NCBI GenBank assembly: GCA_963705375.1
Contig: OY970071.1
Location: 1,110,001 to 1,142,000 of the forward strand
Direction: 5' to 3'
Source: Candidatus Saccharimonadota bacterium
Lineage (GTDB): Archaea; Micrarchaeota; Micrarchaeia; Micrarchaeales; Micrarchaeaceae
Length of the DNA: 32,000 nucleotides
Notes under the pieces: model-generated
Database searches by the model: none
Told to the model about the DNA's origin: nothing
The model's input: only the letters and a program-made list of their open reading frames with translations
Position numbers and translations under genes: made by a program
Shown here: in pieces, positions 23,192-30,495 of the stretch
Layout of the letters: every line of letters begins with the position of its first letter
Numbering within the stretch: position 1 is the first letter of the stretch

Positions 23192-23569
23192 TCAGTCCGG
23201 TTCATTATCGTGCGCTATGGCTATCTCACAGACGACTTGAACTAGTAGTGCATCATTATCACTATTCCAGGCGCCATTGATCTTCGTTTTCTCCTCTTCT
23301 GTTAATTCGGACTTCTCGAGCGTTTTACGTATGTATGCGAGCTTATCGAACGCCATAGACTTGTTTCCCGGCTCTCCACTGTCTGATTTTGTAAGGACTT
23401 CCTTGACAATGAACGGCCAGACTCTATCTAACGGTTCTGGCAAGAGATCTGCCTCCTGTCTTGCCTCAATCGCATCCACTAGGCTCCAACCTGAAATGTC
23501 TTGTTCTTTGGTGTATCCTTTGTTTTCTTTAGTCGTGTCCTGTTTGTCCTGCGTGCGCGTTATTGGCAT
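23192..23569 (-). CDS. Hypothetical acidic protein (125 aa)
   Basis: ORF only; no motif recognised. Confidence 0.45.
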   Translation of the reverse strand: MPITRTQDKQDTTKENKGYTKEQDISGWSLVDAIEARQEADLLPEPLDRVWPFIVKEVLTKSDSGEPGNKSMAFDKLAYIRKTLEKSELTEEEKTKINGAWNSDNDALLVQVVCEIAIAHDNEPD

Positions 23570-23812
23570 TTAATCACGCAATTGGTTATGAATCCCCTGA
23601 TATTTATAAGTCTCTTTTCCTAAAAATTTTCATATACTGCTTTGCAAGAATGCTTTCGTGCAGCAACGTGCGGGTCCATCTGCTTGTTGATTAGGCTGTT
23701 GGAAGACAAGTATTGCTGCAGATGCCCTTAGGTTGTTGATTGAGCGAAATGACCCTCTTTTTGTCAAGACGTACAGGGTTAATATATTTGATTCCATAAC
23801 AAACACGTTTGA

Positions 23813-24751
23813 ATGTACGAATTATTGGTCACAGAGCCTGAATATCTTGATAGTGCTGGAAGGACTGCGCTAGAGGGCATGGGTCACCTTACGGCAAAAC
23901 GTATGACAAGGAGCGAGCTTGAGCAAATAATTCCGAACGTGGATGTCATATTCGTGCGCACCGACACTGCTCTAGACTCAAAGGTCCTGGAAAAAGCCAA
24001 GCATCTCAAGATAATCGCGTCTATCACTACAGGTCTTAACCACATCGATACCGCGTATGCGGAAAGCCACGGTATAAAGGTATTGCACCTACACGGAGCT
24101 CACACAGTCTCGACAGCTCAGTACACTATCACGCTAATGCTCTCGTTGTGCAGGAACCTGCCTTGGGCTTTCGACAGCATCAGGCAGGGTCGTTGGGAGC
24201 GATACAAGTTTATAGGCACTCGGCTCACGGATAAGACATTAGGCATAGTCGGCATCGGCAGGATAGGGTCTTTGGTTGCATCATACGCAAAAGCTCTTGG
24301 CCTGCGCGTAATCGCGTATGATCCGTACTCCAAACCTGGAGAGATCCCTCTTGTTAACGACCTGTCTGAACTTCTTGCAGAATCAGACATAATTTCTATA
24401 CACTCGGTACTTACGGACGAGACGCGTGGTCTCATCGGCACAAAGGAGTTTGAGCAAATGAGAGATGGCGTGTTCTTGATAAACGCGGCAAGGGCAGAAA
24501 TTGTGGATTCAGCTGCCCTTCTCGGCGCGCTTAAGTCCGGTAAGGTTGCTGGTGCGGCTCTTGATGTTTTCGTACACGAACCTATCGCTGGCTTAAACGA
24601 TCCTCTTGTCGAGTACGCACGCAGCCACAAGAACTTGCTATTGACTCCGCATCTGGGTGCGTCCACAAATGATGACGCCCACACAGCCACACTGGAGCTT
24701 GCCGGAGAGGTTAAGAAAACACTCGATGTGCTGCAAAGCGATAAACAATAA
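23813..24751 (+). CDS. D-isomer-specific 2-hydroxyacid dehydrogenase (phosphoglycerate dehydrogenase-like, no ACT domain)
   Basis: NAD-binding GIVGIGRIGSLVA, a D-x-x-S/T region, and catalytic-domain motifs INAARAEIVD, AALDVF and LTPHLGAST. Confidence 0.85.
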   Translation: MYELLVTEPEYLDSAGRTALEGMGHLTAKRMTRSELEQIIPNVDVIFVRTDTALDSKVLEKAKHLKIIASITTGLNHIDTAYAESHGIKVLHLHGAHTVSTAQYTITLMLSLCRNLPWAFDSIRQGRWERYKFIGTRLTDKTLGIVGIGRIGSLVASYAKALGLRVIAYDPYSKPGEIPLVNDLSELLAESDIISIHSVLTDETRGLIGTKEFEQMRDGVFLINAARAEIVDSAALLGALKSGKVAGAALDVFVHEPIAGLNDPLVEYARSHKNLLLTPHLGASTNDDAHTATLELAGEVKKTLDVLQSDKQ

Positions 24752-24758
24752 CGATATT

Positions 24759-27185
24759 ATGAATGAAAAGAGAAAAGGGAAAGACAGAAAAGCAGGTTCT
24801 GTCAGAGGCTTTCCGGAGTTCATTTCGGGCAAGAACTGGACTTTTGCTGCAGTCGTTGCAATACTTGTCTTGAATGTCTTTCTGCGCACTCCGATGCTTC
24901 GCTTCCAGGGATTTTTCGAGCCTGACGGCTTCTTCTACTATGCGGTGGTAAGGCAGGCCGTACAGAGCAATTTCCATGTTATAAACTACCTCAATGTGTC
25001 TGGATTTCCCAAAACAAATTTCATAGGCGAGGCTCCGGGCTTGATATATCTTGTAGTCGTTCCTTACTTCTTCCTGCGCTTCTTCGGCATCAGCTACTAT
25101 ACTATAATGCGACTAATGCCTGTATTGTTCGGCATCACCTATGCTGTGCTCGCATACTATCTTGCCAAGTATCTTGCCAACAGCAGAGCGCTTGGACTGC
25201 TTGCGATGCTATTCGTTACTGTTTCTATAGGAAACATCTCGAAGACGGCAGCTCTCGTTTATAGGGGTGACAGCTTCATAAGTTTGTTTCTACTGTTGAG
25301 CCTCCTCTTCATGCTCAAGACGCTGGAAAGCACCGACACGAAGGGCAAGTACCTGAACACGGGAATATCTGCGTTCGTGCTGAGCCTTGGCATAACGGTG
25401 TGGACAGGATACTCGTTCATAATCGCAATCTACATGCTGACGCTTCTGATACTGCTCGCATACGGCTTCGTGAAGGCAGACCATGACCTTCTGTGGACGA
25501 ACACGCTCCTGACCGTCGGCCTTCTAGGTGCCTCACTTCTTGACGACGCATGGGTGCTTCTGGGCCTGGGAAGGGCAGGAAGCGCGCTCGGAGGTGCGAA
25601 ATTCTTCCTGTTCTGGATCCCGATAATACTCGGAAACGCACTTGCGATATACCTGATCAAAAACAAGCACAAGATAAACTTGATAGGCAGTGTCGAGAAA
25701 AGGATCGGCGTTGTGCTGGCTGTCGTAGCGGTTATGCTCGTCTTATACTTGGTGCTGTTCGGCGAGGTCATAGGCAGCATACTCGGCAGCGTAGGCATAA
25801 CCAACGCAGCAAGCAGCCCGATAGGCGGCACGACGCAGGAGCTGCAGAAGCCGTCCTACGCCTTCCTGTTCGCAAGCTTCAACTTCCAACTATACTTTGC
25901 TCCTATCGCTGTGCTGCTTTTCTTCCTATTCTCCGACCGTATACACGGCAGAGATCAATTCAAGATTAAGGGCATTACGATAAACATGAGCCAGGAGTTC
26001 GTTGCGCTGCTTTCGTATCTTGCAATAACATCGTACTTGCAGTTAATGGCTGTAAGGTGGAGTGCGCTGCTCTCTGTGCCGATCGCAGTGTTCGCAGCAT
26101 ACGGAGCATATATTGTATGGGTGCTTATCATGGCGCGCAAGGTAAACGGCAGAATGCTCCTTATGGGTGCTATGGTCCTCTTCGATGTTCTAGTGGTGCT
26201 CATAATTTCCTTCAATGCAACTCAACAATTCGGAGTAAACAACATGCTTCTCGCTGCGACGGCTTTTCTGGTCACAGCACTGCTTACTTTCAGCCTCCTT
26301 TATGATGTGCGGACAAATGCCAAGAGTGCCCTAAACCTCAGGTACGTGTATGTCGCGTTTTTAGCGGTTCTGTTGCTGTTAACTGTATATGATACAGTGG
26401 CCTCTGTTTTTACTACAACACAGGCTGATGACATAGGTCCTCAGTTCCTCGGCGCGATGATGTGGATGCGCAATAATACGCCAGCAAACGCTACTGTTTT
26501 GAGCTTATGGGCCGACGGCTCAGTCATAGAAGGCTGGGCAAACAGGACCGGCTTTACAGACACGGTTGGCGGCGAGAACGCCTCCAGAATATACAGTTCT
26601 TCGAGGTTCTTGTTAAACACTAGCGCAGACACTCAGTACCTGTATGAAATAGGCCGGCCACAGTACATAGTGGTACGAAGATTCTGGTTCCAAGAAATCA
26701 CGAGCATAGCGACAGAGGCCAATGTTTCGAATGCGACATACGGCTATGCTCTGTTTTCTTCTCCGAACGTGACGCGGAATTCGACTGCGCGCACGTATTC
26801 TTTCACGTCTTATTATCCAAACCGATACAAATCAATAATGGTTGCAGAGCAAGAGACTGGCGGCAGTAGGTTCTTCGCGTATCTACGTAACGGAAGCGCG
26901 TATGTGCCGATAAAACACGTCATGCTCTTAAACACGACAAGCTATTTGTACAGCATCAGCAACACTTCTGCGAGCAACGCACTAAACTATACGCTATTGG
27001 TCACGTACACTGATAACGGAATCGGTGGAGGCATGCTATTAAATCATCAATTGTTTGAAAGCAATGCTTTCAAGTTGGCGTTTCTGTGCAATTATCAAGA
27101 ATGCCCGTACTCCGATGCCAATGTAAGCCTGACTGCAGCATACCTGAACAACGATACAAGAATATTCAAGCTAAACTACCGTTAA
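24759..27185 (+). CDS. GT-C superfamily membrane glycosyltransferase, probably STT3/AglB-like oligosaccharyltransferase
   Basis: 808 aa from ATG 24759; the track start at 24657 overlaps the upstream gene. The product has about 13 or more TM helices. The first-loop acidic motif FFEPDGFFYYAVVRQ resembles the AglB DPDxYYHxR loop. A soluble C-terminal domain is preceded by SLWADGSVIEGW at the place of WWDYG. The assignment is tentative. Confidence 0.55.
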   Translation: MNEKRKGKDRKAGSVRGFPEFISGKNWTFAAVVAILVLNVFLRTPMLRFQGFFEPDGFFYYAVVRQAVQSNFHVINYLNVSGFPKTNFIGEAPGLIYLVVVPYFFLRFFGISYYTIMRLMPVLFGITYAVLAYYLAKYLANSRALGLLAMLFVTVSIGNISKTAALVYRGDSFISLFLLLSLLFMLKTLESTDTKGKYLNTGISAFVLSLGITVWTGYSFIIAIYMLTLLILLAYGFVKADHDLLWTNTLLTVGLLGASLLDDAWVLLGLGRAGSALGGAKFFLFWIPIILGNALAIYLIKNKHKINLIGSVEKRIGVVLAVVAVMLVLYLVLFGEVIGSILGSVGITNAASSPIGGTTQELQKPSYAFLFASFNFQLYFAPIAVLLFFLFSDRIHGRDQFKIKGITINMSQEFVALLSYLAITSYLQLMAVRWSALLSVPIAVFAAYGAYIVWVLIMARKVNGRMLLMGAMVLFDVLVVLIISFNATQQFGVNNMLLAATAFLVTALLTFSLLYDVRTNAKSALNLRYVYVAFLAVLLLLTVYDTVASVFTTTQADDIGPQFLGAMMWMRNNTPANATVLSLWADGSVIEGWANRTGFTDTVGGENASRIYSSSRFLLNTSADTQYLYEIGRPQYIVVRRFWFQEITSIATEANVSNATYGYALFSSPNVTRNSTARTYSFTSYYPNRYKSIMVAEQETGGSRFFAYLRNGSAYVPIKHVMLLNTTSYLYSISNTSASNALNYTLLVTYTDNGIGGGMLLNHQLFESNAFKLAFLCNYQECPYSDANVSLTAAYLNNDTRIFKLNYR

Positions 27186-27249
27186 TGTCACGTGCATCAT
27201 AGGTGGCTGTTCTTTCAACCTCCATTTATCTACATTTGCGGCATCATCA

Positions 27250-27258
27250 GGAAAAAAC
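27250..27258. repeat. Left copy of the 9-bp target-site duplication (GGAAAAAAC)
   Basis: Identical 9-mer at 28546-28554, each abutting an IS inverted repeat. Confidence 0.75.
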
Positions 27259-27274
27259 GGCTTTGGGACAAAAG

Positions 27275-28270
27275 TCAACCACAACCCATTCTGAAAAGGT
27301 TGTGTAATAACGCAATGCAACTTATCGCGGTGTCAACCCTCTCGTCCAGTTTCTGCCATATTTTCCAACCCACCATTCTTTTGTCTGTGGAGAAACCGCT
27401 TTCTGATTTCTCCCTTCTATAGTATTCAATCAGATGATGGATGGGATCGTTCATCAATCCTCGAAATATGTTTCTCCATCTCGAAGTGCCGTTTATTCGT
27501 GTGTTGCTCTTTGGAAGTATATATAAGATTGTTTTGTCGTCGAAATACTTCAAAGTGGATTGATAACTGTAATACCGGTCTAATCTTGTGCTATTAACCA
27601 TTATCCCTGTGGTCTTCTCTACTTTCCGTAACATCTTGATTGCATTCTCGAACGCTTCTTTTTCAGACCGCACGCCTGAACCGTAACAGACGTATAATCC
27701 CGTCTTAAGATCCATGAGATCAAATGAATACACAAATTTCCTGTATCCTTCTTTATCGACTTCAGTTCGGTAGTGTTTCGTCACCGTGAGCGTGTAGCCT
27801 GTAGCGTCACCTGTCGTGTCAACTCTCTTGTCGCATTTTCGTTTTACGGTCAGAATAAACATGTTGTGAAGAGTCATCCGTACAAGTTCATCCGAATACA
27901 ATCTTTCAATCGTCTTGTAACTGATGTCAATACCACAAAACGCTCCGAAAAGTGACATCAGTCCGGCCATAGGTCGGTTGTTCTTCGAAAATATGGACTT
28001 GAGAAGCAGGGCAACGACCTTCTGTTGTAGAGACATCTTCACAGGCCTTCCAAAATTTGAGGTTTTGATATCGATAAGGTCCGTCGCGGATTTTGCAAGA
28101 CTACGCAACTCTCTTGCGACATATCTTATTCTGCCGGCATATTCTCTTTCGTATTCTTTCCAATCAACAGATGTTTTTGTCGATAGTTCACCATAGATTT
28201 CTGTCAGCGTCCTGAACTCTTTGAAAAACCTTCTGAACTGTCTGTTCGTTAGTCTTTTGTTCCTTTCCAT
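27275..28270 (-). CDS. DDE transposase with IS4/IS5-type Y(2)R(3)E(6)K signature
   Basis: Candidate catalytic residues lie in DTTGDATGY, TRLDRYYS and YYRREKSESGFSTDK; the last is an exact Y-x2-R-x3-E-x6-K spacing. The stop lies inside the left IR. From memory it resembles archaeal ISA1214-type elements; this is unverified. Confidence 0.8.
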   Translation of the reverse strand: MERNKRLTNRQFRRFFKEFRTLTEIYGELSTKTSVDWKEYEREYAGRIRYVARELRSLAKSATDLIDIKTSNFGRPVKMSLQQKVVALLLKSIFSKNNRPMAGLMSLFGAFCGIDISYKTIERLYSDELVRMTLHNMFILTVKRKCDKRVDTTGDATGYTLTVTKHYRTEVDKEGYRKFVYSFDLMDLKTGLYVCYGSGVRSEKEAFENAIKMLRKVEKTTGIMVNSTRLDRYYSYQSTLKYFDDKTILYILPKSNTRINGTSRWRNIFRGLMNDPIHHLIEYYRREKSESGFSTDKRMVGWKIWQKLDERVDTAISCIALLHNLFRMGCG

Positions 28271-28334
28271 CGTATTACTATTTAACAGGAATATATTTAT
28301 AGTTATCTATAGATAACTATTATAGAGTGAATAA

Positions 28335-28520
28335 ATGCCTAGAAAAATAGAACTTAAAAAAGGAAACCTTACACTTACAGAAAAGAAAATAGAGGGTTTC
28401 TTAGAACGTGTGGTGACTCCGATAGGCACATCGGCTAAGGCAGACGTACCTAGAAGATACATTGGAAGACGGGTTTATGTTGTAATAACTAAGAACAAAA
28501 GGACTTCCGTGAAAGATTAA
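28335..28520 (+). CDS. Small transposon-encoded protein (DUF2080-like)
   Basis: 61-aa ORF inside the IS, divergent from the transposase. GTSAKADVPRRYIGRRVYVVI resembles the archaeal 'putative transposon-encoded protein' family (recalled, not searched). Confidence 0.55.
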   Translation: MPRKIELKKGNLTLTEKKIEGFLERVVTPIGTSAKADVPRRYIGRRVYVVITKNKRTSVKD

Positions 28521-28545
28521 GATTGCTGACTTTTGTCCCAGAGTC

Positions 28546-28554
28546 GGAAAAAAC
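28546..28554. repeat. Right copy of the 9-bp target-site duplication (GGAAAAAAC)
   Basis: Identical to 27250-27258. It lies 6 nt upstream of the TATAAGTA box (28561-28568) of the next gene. Confidence 0.75.
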
Positions 28555-28599
28555 AAAACGTATAAGTATTAGGTCGGGTTGACGTTTTTCAGTGATATT

Positions 28600-29025
28600 A
28601 TGGATAAGGCAAAGAATGAATCCAATAAAACAAACAGCGGAGATAAGGATGAGATAAAAGAAATATTGCGTAACGCATTGAGAACGTCAGACCTAGATTT
28701 CGGAGACATGGACATGGCAAAGATAGACGAATTGTCTGAAGGCGACGAAGAGGTCAGGCAGATCCTAGAGCGTCTTGTAATGTATTATGGCACTCTCGAC
28801 CCAAGCATACGCCCTGATGATGCAAAGGATTATGGCGTAGAGCTCTTCAACGTTCTTAAGGAAGGACGCGATTCTACAGATGAGTATACGGAAAAAGACC
28901 CGCTAAAACTGATAGAAGAGCGATGGAATCCAGGAGAAAGGAGAGATGCAATACTTGCGCTATACCACGAAAGTGGAGACGACATAGAGAGCACCTATTA
29001 TCTCCTTGCCACAAAACTTCTTTAG
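28600..29025 (+). CDS. Hypothetical acidic protein (141 aa)
   Basis: ATG at 28600, 31 nt after the TATAAGTA box; the track start at 28579 is TTG. Asp/Glu-rich, no motif recognised. Confidence 0.5.
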   Translation: MDKAKNESNKTNSGDKDEIKEILRNALRTSDLDFGDMDMAKIDELSEGDEEVRQILERLVMYYGTLDPSIRPDDAKDYGVELFNVLKEGRDSTDEYTEKDPLKLIEERWNPGERRDAILALYHESGDDIESTYYLLATKLL

Positions 29026-29048
29026 CAACCGCACCAAGCGTGCTTCAG

Positions 29049-29075
29049 ACCACACCTTCGCTTTTTAGGTGTGGT
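29049..29075 (+). terminator. 9-bp stem hairpin followed by a T-rich tract (terminator-like, or an IS200-type hairpin relic)
   Basis: ACCACACCT-tcgcttttt-AGGTGTGGT, starting 24 nt after the stop of 28600..29025 and followed by CTCTCTTTATTTCC. The stem core CACACCT/AGGTGTG is shared with the IS200 right-end hairpin at 18892-18911. Confidence 0.4.
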
Positions 29076-29183
29076 GCATTCTCTCTTTATTTCCATCCTC
29101 TTTGATTTGCAGCAGAGTGCGTGCTGCCCCTTTGTTGTGGCTGGAATGCGCACATGGCCGGAAGGGTACAAGCTTATTGCCCT

Positions 29184-29543
29184 TTACTTGGTTTGCCTCT
29201 TTTTGATGTAATCCATCTCGCCCTTTCGTGCTTTTATCTGCGCTTCTTCTAGGTCTATCTTGTAATGCTTAGCAATGCCTATCACGCTGAACATTATGTC
29301 TGCAAGCTCATCTCCTATCCTGTCATTGTCTACCCTGTACTTCGGATCGCCGGATCTCTTGTCGGCGTAATAATCCTCTTTGATCATTATGCACTTTGCC
29401 AGTTCGCCGCACTGCTTCATGAGCTCTATGGTGTAACCTTCCACACCCCATTGCCTTGGGTGCAGCTTGTCATATCCCTCAATCGCTATTTCCGTCAAAT
29501 CTGTGAGCTCTTCAAAAGTGCGCTTTTTGACCATGTCCCTCAT
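29184..29543 (-). CDS. mazG: MazG-type nucleoside triphosphate pyrophosphohydrolase domain protein
   Basis: 119-aa all-helical protein with the paired acidic motifs of small MazG proteins (KQCGELAKCI and IGDELADIMFSVIGIAKHYKIDLEEA). Confidence 0.78.
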   Translation of the reverse strand: MRDMVKKRTFEELTDLTEIAIEGYDKLHPRQWGVEGYTIELMKQCGELAKCIMIKEDYYADKRSGDPKYRVDNDRIGDELADIMFSVIGIAKHYKIDLEEAQIKARKGEMDYIKKRQTK

Positions 29544-29586
29544 TTCGTAATCAATACTTAAATAGCAATGAGGTAGGCAGAACGAG

Positions 29587-30114
29587 TCAACGCCTTATTT
29601 TCTTCTGTTTTTCAAAACTCAGCAATTCTTCAATCTTATCCAGCTTCTTGTCCGTGTATCTTTCGAGCGCGTACATCTGCATTTCTATGGACTTTGCCGT
29701 GTCCACCTGAATGTTGCCCTTGGTGTCATCCGGGCCTGTTGCTGATATTCCGTAGGACTGCACTGATCCGATTTCGGCAAGTTCTGTTCTCACTTTATCA
29801 ATCACCTCCGGAGTTACCTTCTTCGATTTCAGACTCGCCTCTGAAAGCAAAACATACTTTTCCAACAGGTGCATTCTCCTCTCTATTATCTCTATAGCGT
29901 CACTTTGCATCTTGAAAAGACGACTTCCCGAGTAGTCCAGATTCTTTCTTAGTATGAATGCTTGGAATGTGTGCGCCTCCTTGATTCTTGATACTTCCAT
30001 TCGCAATTTCTTAAGCATCTCTGGCGTAATCTTGTGCGTGTCTGCCTGAACCCTTATTATTCTTGTGACTGACACCTGGCTGCCACCCATCCAACCAAGT
30101 ACTACGCCTGCCAT
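29587..30114 (-). CDS. Hypothetical protein with internal two-fold repeat (175 aa)
   Basis: Two similar halves: KITPEMLKKLRMEVSRIKE...DAIEIIERRMHLLEKY and KVTPEVIDKVRTELAEIGS...KSIEMQMYALERY. No known family recognised. Confidence 0.55.
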   Translation of the reverse strand: MAGVVLGWMGGSQVSVTRIIRVQADTHKITPEMLKKLRMEVSRIKEAHTFQAFILRKNLDYSGSRLFKMQSDAIEIIERRMHLLEKYVLLSEASLKSKKVTPEVIDKVRTELAEIGSVQSYGISATGPDDTKGNIQVDTAKSIEMQMYALERYTDKKLDKIEELLSFEKQKKIRR

Positions 30115-30153
30115 GGTACTTATATCTTGCTGTTATTTTTGCGCTCGGGCAGT

Positions 30154-30495
30154 CTATTTGTTCCTTAATAAGTCGAAGCAGATATACTTCATCATCGCAG
30201 CTCTCGAACTCTCTGCCTTTTCTTCTGCTTTTTCTAGCTCCTCCTTGCTAAAATTTACCGCCAACCATGCCTTTTCATTTCTTTGGTATTTTGCCACGGT
30301 CATAGTGTCCTTTGACAGCCACCACTTGTTCTTTCCGTATTTTCTAATTGCCATTAACGCCTCTTCTCTATCTTTATTTGATAAGGCGTCCCACTCTTTC
30401 AATACTCTCTCCTTCTTGTCTTGCGGTAACCTTTTCCATTCCCTATCGCTCATGGCTAACGGATGCCTGGGCTCATTGACTGTTTGCATGGGCAT
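30154..30495 (-). CDS. Hypothetical protein with C-terminal ribbon-helix-helix-like segment (113 aa)
   Basis: The C-terminus LAVNFSKEELEKAEEKAESSRAAMMKYICFDLL fits the strand / helix / S-R-x-x-hydrophobic helix pattern of CopG/RHH domains. The N-terminal 75 aa are unassigned. Confidence 0.5.
   Translation of the reverse strand: MPMQTVNEPRHPLAMSDREWKRLPQDKKERVLKEWDALSNKDREEALMAIRKYGKNKWWLSKDTMTVAKYQRNEKAWLAVNFSKEELEKAEEKAESSRAAMMKYICFDLLRNK

Larger units (their letters stand above)
27259..28545 (-). mobile_element. Intact 1287-bp IS element (DDE transposase plus small DUF2080-like ORF)
   Basis: 19-bp terminal inverted repeats: GGCTTTGGGACAAAAGTCA (27259-27277) versus the reverse complement of 28527-28545 (GACTCTGGGACAAAAGTCA), 17 of 19 matching. 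They are flanked by a 9-bp direct repeat. Confidence 0.85.

Noticed and set aside
24657-24758. Upstream extension of the GT-C glycosyltransferase ORF (track start 24657)
   Set aside because: It overlaps the last 95 nt of the dehydrogenase gene in another frame. The ATG at 24759, just after that gene's stop, gives a typical basic N-terminus followed by the first TM helix.
27192-27422. ORF 27192..27422 (+)
   Set aside because: It crosses the IS left inverted repeat and is antisense to the transposase 3' end. No motif.
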